Source: the human T2T-CHM13v2.0 reference genome, Homo sapiens. Taken from it: a stretch of 64,000 nt of DNA. Positions within the stretch are counted from its first letter, which is position 1; every line of letters begins with the position of its first letter. The stretch is taken from the NCBI RefSeq assembly GCF_009914755.1, contig NC_060941.1. One strand, given 5' to 3'. The position numbers and the translations under genes are program-made. Under the pieces are notes generated by a model. The model was not told the DNA's origin. It made no database searches and was given only the letters and a program-made list of their open reading frames with translations. Shown here piece after piece: positions 53,723 to 64,000 of the stretch.

Positions 53723-56700
53723 ACGTGATTTATTTTAACTTTTTTTGAATCTCAATTTCTTCATCTATGAAAATGAGGGAATAATCCTTAACTCTTGAAG
53801 ATGTTGGGAGAATTCAATGACATGATAATCAAGTACCTGGAAGAATAGGTGCTTAAAAATGCTGGTTACTCCTTTCGCCCCATGACCAAATAGTCAACCT
53901 GTCTATGCAGGAGGCTTTCTCCTCTTGATGACTTGCTGAAAGAATTGGTGGCAAGGGCACAGGGCACAGGAATTGTGCCCTGAGCAGCAAGAAGCCATGC
54001 TTAGTGGAGCTCCCTCACCCTCCCGCCACAGCCGACCCAGAGACATGGCCAGTGGAGATCCATGGCCAGGTGGAGGCAAAAGTGTTCAGAATGAATAGTG
54101 TCTTCAAAACATTTCCTGCTCTTAGCACCCGCTATCTTAGTCACTTGAGCAGATTCTAATTTAGTCTCAGAAATATTCTTCAATGGCCCCAGGCAGGTGC
54201 TATATTTCATGACAGAGATGAGAACAGGAAGCTCAACTTCCCGCCTCCTCAGAGTCAATGACGAATCCCTGGAAGTCAGCAGAATGAGGAAAGGGGGAAA
54301 AGCTACCACCCACAGGACAGTTGAATGAATGAGCAACTAAATGAATACCACTGGGTACTAGGCTCTAGCTTTGGGGCTTGGAAAGCATCTTCTCTCATTC
54401 AGTCTTCACAGCAACTTACCTGTCCATGTTACAGATGAGGAAATTGACCCTCGGAGGGGTTAGGAAGGTAGCCCACATCCCAGAATCAAGGTGGCAGAGT
54501 GGGGTTTGAAGCCCACTTGGCTGGCTGCGGACCTATTCTCTAGGTCCTCCCAGAGGGCACCTGGCTCTGACTCAACTTCCTACTATCAAAAACTAGGAAA
54601 CAGGTTGGCTCTGGAATCTGAATAGGTAACACTCAGATCATATTTCTTAGAAACCAAACTCCTAGTTTGCTCACAGCCAAACAGCCTGAACTGAGCTAAG
54701 ACAAGAGCATCCTGTGGAGATCAGGCAGAAAGATCTGTGCCCAGCTCATGCCTCTGGAGCTCGGAGACCTCTGTGCCGGCAGAAGACAGCATCACACCTG
54801 TGTCCTCATCTGCTCGACCTTGGCTTTCAGCTGGCTGGTTTGCAAAGAACAGCCGAGGCCTAGGCCAGAAGGAGAGAAGGAGGAGGATGCATTTGGAAGG
54901 ACCTAGAAGTTACATGATAAATGCCAGAGGCCTGGGGCTATCTGCTTGGGAGCTCTTATTACTTCAGTCATTCTCAGGGGGGAAATCAGCTCATAGCAAA
55001 CCCAACCTGAGCCACTTTCCTGTGCTAATGTCAATCAACGGGTCAAACTGAGTAATTCTATTTTTCACTGCTGCTGTTTCCATTTTGCTCCTTGATATCT
55101 TCTAAAGAACTATACTCCCCTACTTGGAAAATGTGCTTGCTTATTTTTATTCCACATCTGAAGTAAGAACTTAATAACTATCAAGTCTGGGTAAGGCTAG
55201 GTAAACTGGACAATATGACAAGAATAGGGTAGATGGCAGGAGTGCTATTATTTTTATCATTGTAGAAACCTGTGAAAATTTAAATATTTTAGAACACATA
55301 AAGTGGATGGTAAAAACTGCAAAAAAAGCAGACTTAAAAAGTAAATAAGAGAAGAGAGAAACCAGTTGAAGCAAACATTTGAGATGAGCTAGTAACAGTA
55401 TGTGCATTGTGGATTCAGATCCAAATATCCTGATAGCCAATGTCCAAAAAAGAGAAACAATTTTCATTGTTTGATAAAAGACATCATACAAGTTCAGCTG
55501 GTACTTAAGTCTAGAAAGACAGGTGGGCTGATGTTGTCTTACTCAATAGAAACAACTGCAACTTTGATAACATTAATATACACCAGTGTTTGGGCCAGAG
55601 GAAGTGTTGTTCTCTCTAACAAGTTTCAATTCAGTATCTTTTTTTTTTCTTACATTTAATTGGACACAGCAGGATTGTCCTAGAGGGACTACGGTGCAGC
55701 AGCACAGAGGAGGTAAAATAATCTTTCTGTGTTTGTGCCATAGGAGGATCTGCTAATAATTTTTCTAATGAGCAAAAATGACCCCACACTACAGTGAAAT
55801 CCCGGGCCAGTGCCAACTTAGACTCAGCTGGCATGCAGGGGAAGCAAGGAGACTAACATTTATTGACCGTGGCACATCCATCACTTTTAAATGCTTGCAA
55901 CAAGCCTGTGGACCCCAATTTAGCTCCTACTCAGGGGCTTCCCTCTCCAAGTTGGAGCTGCGTGCTGTGGGCGCTGGTTTTCATCACAGACTGGAGGACC
56001 GGGATGCATAGCTCTGTATGTTCACTTGGAATCCTGCAATATCCAAGCAGGTGAACTTTGGAGACAAGGACACTTCACGCTACTGAACAGATGCAGGAAG
56101 TGAGGCCTGGAGAGGGGCAAAGACCAGAGTAGAACCAGGCTTTTCATTTAAGACAACAAATCAAGCATCCCTAAAATGTAAAGTAATAATAACAACGCCT
56201 TGTCAGTATATAATAGGAGCACAGTTAGCAAGGTGCTTCACACCTTCTGTGCCGTTTCATCTGTCCCACAGGTTGACAGGGAGATAAGCAGACTTTATGC
56301 TTTTAGTGAATGCCATACTGCACAAAGAAACATTGACACATACCATATGCTACCCACATAAGCCAGCAGTGATTAAACTCATTCCACAGGTAACTGAATT
56401 GGGGTTCAGGAAGGAGAAATGAACTGCCCAAGGTCACACAGGAAGTGGCAAAGCCAGGACTCAATCAAGGTCACCCAACTTCACATTTAAGGTTTGTTCA
56501 ATCCTACCATGATTCCTTTCACCTAAACATTAGGATGTGCGAGAAGAAGCACACTTGGGTATCAATGCATCATTTCCAAAGTGCACAGTGACTAAGATCC
56601 TAGGGCCGGAGGTCAAACTGCCTGGGTTTCAACCTCAGTTCTGCCATTACCATGGCTGTGCCATTTACTTAACCTTACTGTGTTTCAGTTTTCTTACCTG

Positions 56701-56902
56701 TAAAATGGAAAGAATGATAATAAATTCCATACTTCTTTATTATGAAAATTAAAAGATGATGTGAGAAAGCATTTAGATGGATGTCCTGCTCAGACCTCAA
56801 AAAATATTAGCTCACAGTATTTTTTAATTATAAAAGTCATAATAAAACAGTTGTATCAAAGTAATAAGAAATAAAAAGTTGTTATAAAAAATAAAAACTT
56901 GA

Positions 56903-57343
<441 letters not shown>

Positions 57344-58659
57344 TCATAATGTTTTGGTGTTTTTCCAGCTGTCTTTTTTTCTAACATATGAACTACAAAC
57401 TTTGTTTCTATGTGTTTTTTATTTGGCATTAAAACATGGGTATTTTCCTATGCCCCTGAATAGTTTTTTAAAGTATAACTTTCAGCCATTATAAAACTAT
57501 GTTCTTCTGTAGGTGGACCATAATTTATGTACTCATTACATAATGTTTGAGTGAAGTTGACTATTCTTTCATCATTGAGTGAAGAGGCTACGTCAGATTT
57601 GCAGCTGCCTCTCTGACACTAACACAGTGACTTGTATATAGTAGATGCTTAATAAACATTCAGGTGACTGAAAACTCATGTTTTGATAGGTGTTTCCAGA
57701 AAGTTCATACCAATTTATATTCCTGCATTTATTGCATGAGTGTCTTTCACATAGTAATCTCAGCAGCATTTGACTTAAAAATTGAAAAAAAAATTTGCCA
57801 ATTTGTTAAGTAAAATATGGGACATCACTATTATTTTAATTTTTAATTTATTTGATCAATAGTGAGGTTGAAAGTTTATTCATATTTTAATTAGCCATCT
57901 GTATTGTATTTTTCCCTTTTCCTTTTCTTCCTTTCTTATTTTTGTCTTTCCCACCTTCTTTTGAAAGTACCATTCTTGAAGGAACAGGCACCAGACTAAC
58001 AGTCCTGATACATTTCCTTGGATACCCTCACATTTCCAGATAATTCATGAGGTTCATAACAATGAATTGGGTGCTTGCTAATTATTTTAAGATAATTGCA
58101 TGAATAAGTTCAGATGCTCATTAATTCTGAAAGCTGTGACAGCTCTCAGGTATTAATGAATTTCTTACTCAAGTTTAGGGAGTTGGCAGTTGACACACAG
58201 CTTTCCTGACATTTCAGCTTCAGATTGCCATTTTGTTTTCCTGTAATTCCATGCACACCTTATTAAAGTTCAATTATGGCTTGGAGGAACCTTCATCTAA
58301 GGCATTAGCATCCAGTTAATTACTGAGAAGTGATGACAATTGAAGACAAATGGATTTCATTTCCTATCATGACACCAGATTCCCTCCCACCACCTGCCCA
58401 GTACAGGTGCACATTTCTTTGGCACGGATGCCCTACTTGCTGTTCAGGGAATCACAGAACATTCTAGAACTACAGGAGTCAGAATATTTGATTTTTTGCC
58501 TCCAAAGGAATGCTCAAATCCTCCTGGAAAGATGTTGTCCATTCTCTTCTTGGAACAGCTTTGGAAACCAAAGGCTAGCTTCTACTAATAATCACTTATT
58601 CCAAGGTCTTATTATTGATAAGCAATAAGTTCTTTTTTAAATCATAGTGAAGTCTTTCT

Positions 58660-59508
<849 letters not shown>

Positions 59509-59584
59509 TTAATTTCTGCCACTGACTCCTACGTGACCTTAGAAAGTTCTCTTGTGGTTTCCTCATTTCTAGAATGATGGTCCT

Positions 59585-59975
59585 TGTGACGGTTTGAATG
59601 TGTACCCAGAAGTTCATTCGTTGGAAACTTAATCCCCAATGCAACAGTGTTGAGAGGTGGGACTTTTAAGGGGTGTTTAGGTCACAAGGGCTCTGCTCTC
59701 ATGAATAAATTAATGAAGCTATTGTGGGAGTGGGTCAGTTATCACGGAGGTGGGTTCCTGATAAAAGGATGGGTTCACCCCACTTCCCTGCTCCCTCTCA
59801 TGTGTGCTCTCTTGCCTGTCCTCCTTCTGCCATGGGATGACGCACCAAGAAAGGCCTTGCCAGATGCAGGCTCTTCGACCTTGGACTTCCCAGCCGCGGA
59901 ACTGTAAGAAATAAATCTCTGTTCTTTATTAATTACCAGGTATTCTGTTATAGCAGCACAAAATGGGCTAAGACA
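59585..59975 (+). mobile_element. MST (MaLR) solo LTR
   Basis: tgtgacggtttgaatgtgtacccagaagttcat...gaaacttaatccccaatgcaacagtgttgagaggtggg...agcagcacaaaatgggctaagaca. Confidence 0.85.
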
Positions 59976-61761
59976 CTTCTGGAGTAATCACCCTGTGTTA
60001 AGTCATAATTCTAAAGCCCAAGATGTAAGTAAAGTGCTTCATATATGAGAGTTGCTTAATAAATGTTGTTTCCCCTTTGTGAAATGCCTTTTGTTGCAAA
60101 AAAGGGATAGGAGGGAGCTAACACTGATTAAGGGTCTACCATTTAATGTCATCTCCTCTGGAGACTTTCCCTCTACCATCTTAATTAGTACTGAAAACAA
60201 TCCTGTGGAGTAGATAATATTATTATCTTTATTTTACAGATGAGGAACCAAAGTTCAAGGAGGTTCAACGTCTTACAGATTTGGTGGTGCACTTGCTCTT
60301 CCCACTGCCCAGTGAAGCGCTACTCGATCATACTAGACACAATGTGGTTGGTCTATGGGAGGGAGTATCAGGAAGCATGAGGAGCCCACACTTCTACAAA
60401 GAGTCGAGATGCCTTCACAAAGATGCCTCATGCTGCAAGGTCGTGAATGCCAAGTGCTCTAGTGTTTCAGAGGTGGAGGAGATCCCTACAGATGAGGCAC
60501 CAGGAAAAGCTTCAAGGTGGAGGCCGGTCTGAGTCTGGCCTCAAAGGATGAAATGATTCAGATAAACAGCAAAACAAAGCAACAGGAAGGGAGAGATAAC
60601 AACAAAGGCAGAGATGTAGGAGTGAGCAAGGGAGACTGAATGAGCAGTCCCTGGGACAGAAGGTGTGCACAGGGAGGTGGGAGAGAGAGTGCTAGGAAGG
60701 GAGGCTGGCACATGGAACATGGAGGGTTTTCAGTGTCATGTTCAGGGCTTTGGACTTGTTCCTGAGACCTGGGTTTCCCAAAGGGAGTTCTGCTACTGGG
60801 GAGAGCCTCAGAGGAAAGAATAAAACAGAATTCCCTGTACATCATCCCTTTCCTGGTGAGTTACAATGCACATTAGCATGTTACGTGGTCTGGGCAGTAC
60901 TACGGAAAAGAAAGGCATACAAGGTATTTATTTTTTTAACTTTCCACTGGGAAATTTCCAATTAAATAAGGTTGAAAAATCGAACCCAGCAGAGGAGCAA
61001 TAGAAACCCTCCCCTCCGAGGCCGGAAGGTAATTCAGTCACCCCTGGGGTTTCTCTTCCTGAGAAGAAATCTTGTGCCTGTGGCTTGGATGGCTGCAGCT
61101 ACTTCCTCCCAGGAGGCCCCTTCCTGGCTTTCTTTTTCCTCTCAGTTTCCAGAGTTTGAGGCTCGTAAAGCTCTTTATTATGCGTAACTCATGTAGCACT
61201 CAGATGGGATGGTCATCCCCATTGCAGAGATGAGGAAACAGTCTCAGAATTGAAGCACCCTCCCAAGATCCCATAGCCAGGTGGGGGTAGAGCCAGCATG
61301 GGCACCCAGGGCCCCCAGTGTGGGGTTCTCCCCGATGCTCTGCCAGCTAACTCCTCCCCTGTCCTTTCTGGGGTGACCAGGCTTCCACTCCACTTTAAGG
61401 AGCGATGGATGTAGATTGGCTTTATTTGCAGGGGTGAGAGTGCACTTGGGAAGGAAGATCTGGTTCCATGATTTGGGGGCAATATGATCACAGGCTAATA
61501 ACTCAAGAGTTACATGAGGAAGTGGGGGAAATCTAGGGAAGTGCTTTACTTATTTTTTGAGTGCTTACTATGGTCTCTACACTCATGAACACATTCCAGT
61601 CTTTGGAAAGTGGGAGGGAGGCATGGTGTCTGGTTTCTTGGGTGCAGTAATGGTGGGCTTTCGTCTACTATTTTGACGACAGTTTTGCAGGGTTTATGCT
61701 TTCACAATTTAAGTGATATATGTTTCCCAGGTATGCGGCTGATTTCATGTCTATGGTGAAC

Positions 61762-62248
61762 ACTGATGTCTCATCCCATTTCCCTTCAAGGAAAGACAGA
61801 CCTATTGCCCTCTGCTATCAGCAGAGGTCTGTGACATCAGCTCCCTTAGGGACTGCATTAGGCTAGAGAGAGGAGCTCCACCTAAGATCTTGTTCCTTCC
61901 AGAGACAGCCCACGTCCACTCTTGATCCATGTGAATTTGGGGGGCCTGGCCACCTTGGCCCAACTTGGGTTAGCTCTGAAGGGCCACTGAGATCCGAGCT
62001 CCTGCGGGTTTGGCAAGGTTTCCTGTTGGGTCTGGCAAATCACAGTTTGACTTCTCCCCACTCTGCTTATCCTGTTTCCTTCCCCTCTGGTCCCAAGGGT
62101 GCTCCTTCATGAACATCCTGCAGACTGAACTCTACCTCAGGGTCTGCTTCCTGGGAACTAGGGTGACCAGGCATCCCAGTTTGCCTGAGATGTAGGACCA
62201 AGACAGTCCTGGGCAACTAGGATCCTACAGCAAACCCAACCTCAGACA
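61762..62248 (+). mobile_element. LTR16-like ERVL LTR, with a short hAT-Blackjack-like (MER81/MER94) piece at ~62159-62222
   Basis: aacatcctgcagactgaactctacctcagggtctgcttcctgggaac...ccaacctcagaca, interrupted by tagggtgaccaggcatcccagtttgcctg. Confidence 0.55.
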
Positions 62249-62271
62249 ATGTACTTCTGTTTATTATTGTT

Positions 62272-62432
62272 ATCTTTTTGAGAGGCAGGGTCTCACTATG
62301 TTGCCCAGGCTTGGGTGCAGTGGCTATTCACAGGTGTGATCATAGCTTACTGCAACCTCAAACTCCTGTACTCAAGAATCCTCCTGCCTCAGCTTCTTGA
62401 GTAGCTGGAACTATAGACATGTGCCACCATGT
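62272..62432 (-). mobile_element. FAM (fossil Alu monomer)
   Basis: A monomer retaining the 7SL-derived segment gatcacacctgtgaatagccactgcac, which is absent from FLAM/FRAM and dimeric Alus. Confidence 0.8.
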
Positions 62433-62829
62433 TATGCTGTGTCTATATATTCTAATACTTTCATGGCAACAAATTATTTCATTCTTTAAAAAGTTGGTAG
62501 CAGGGCATTTGCCATATCCCCCTTAATGCTTCCCCAACAATATCATGGGAATCTTGGGGAGATGGGTATTATGGTTATTATCTCCCCAATCTTGGTGAAG
62601 CAGGTATTAGCCCTAGGAAATTAGGACTCAGAGAAGTTAAGAAACTTTTCCCAGGCCACACAGCACAGTAGCCATGCCGGAATGAAACCTAGGCCTACTG
62701 AGTCCAATGCCTGCCCTCTATCCACCAGGCCTCTTTGGTTTTAAGACACGCACCTTGGCCGTGTGTTCCAAACACAGCTGTAGGTAACTAAGGAGGCAGA
62801 GAAGAGCAGTTGCTGAATCCCAAACATGC

Positions 62830-63450
62830 TTGGAGCTTTTTGCAAAATAAAATCGCACTTTTTATTCAATGCCTACCTTCCCATGCAGGCCTAGTTTTAA
62901 GCTTCTGAACTTTCTGCTAATTACTGTCACATTAATTAAAAAATAAATCCTTTTTAATTTCCTAACAGGTGGTTTGTGAGGCTGGAAGAGGAGTTGAAAC
63001 TTGTTTGTAATTATTGTGTGGTGTATTTGCATTTCTAATTGCGCTGAGGGACACTGAAGGCCAAGCTTCCAGTCTCTGGGCTGTCTTTCACCTGCGCCGC
63101 GGTGCTGAGTTGTTGGCGGCGGCGGCAGCGTCTTTTCTCCAAGCAGCACCTGTGAGAGCAGCAGCTCCAGCTGGAGTCCCAAGACTTCCAATCAACATAG
63201 AGAGCCACAGGGCCTGTGCCTGCGTGGGTTTGCTGTAAGGAGCCTGTAACGCATCGAGGAGCCCAGCGCCCAACCCCACACCTGGCATTGGCTGGGTGCT
63301 CAATAAATGCTGGCTGACCACGGCTGTTCCTGAACGAATCCTTATCTCGCTTATCTGATTCAAGCGCCGGGTGGGCGCACTGTGGGCTGGCAGCAAGGGT
63401 TCCTGATGCCAGGACTCTTGGATTTGCTCCACAGGTGTCTGCGCATCCAT
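62830..63450. promoter_or_regulatory. Candidate intronic enhancer/silencer: a TAAT-rich block followed by a CpG-rich block with an RE1-like half-site
   Basis: Non-repetitive. 19 CpGs in 63042-63445; several TAAT(T) motifs in 62915-63040; TCAGCACC on the minus strand at 63101-63108. Confidence 0.5.
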
Positions 63451-63579
63451 CTGGAAACTGAGCATCTGTGCAGGGAATCCATTTCCTCTTCTAACTTCTG
63501 AATAGCTTTAGATACTTCTGACTTCTGAACCCCTTTAGATGTATGCTGTCATTTACCAGGAACATCCTAACATTGATGA

Positions 63580-63948
<369 letters not shown>

Positions 63949-64000
63949 TAAAGGAGTTAATGAGCCGCAGAGTACTACTTGAGTGCATTGTAAGCACTTT

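Noticed and set aside
53960-53982. Hairpin cagggcaca-ggaat-tgtgccctg
   Set aside because: A 9-bp stem is expected by chance in 64 kb and has no supporting context.
63088-63465. 125-aa ATG ORF with a poly-Ala run on the ASIC2 strand, as an alternative coding exon
   Set aside because: No similarity to ASIC N-termini and no clear splice donor; the poly-Ala simply reflects the GGC repeat.

Overview
Human genomic DNA, indicated by young human-lineage AluYb8 and AluYa5 copies. The window is almost entirely intronic sequence of ASIC2 (acid-sensing ion channel 2, ACCN1/BNC1), transcribed on the minus strand. I can support only one coding exon: 151 bp at 20005-20155 (-), encoding [50 protein letters not shown] with canonical AG/GT ends. 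The rest is ordinary primate intron with Alu, MIR, L1 and L2 fragments, MaLR/ERVL LTRs, hAT DNA transposons, microsatellites and a few non-repetitive stretches that look like enhancers. The other ORFs in the supplied track appear spurious. I found no convincing previously undescribed biological system. The most notable structures are: (1) a ~200-bp non-repeat segment duplicated 4.5 kb away, apparently into an L2; (2) a young AluYb8 that creates a closely spaced inverted Alu pair; (3) a three-layer nested Alu with an AluYa5 arm inside an older Alu's linker; (4) an old L1MA with a twin-priming 5' inversion; (5) a CpG-rich element at 62.8-63.45 kb with a split REST/RE1-like motif. Repeat subfamily names come from recalled consensus features and need RepeatMasker/Dfam confirmation; boundaries of old repeats are approximate.
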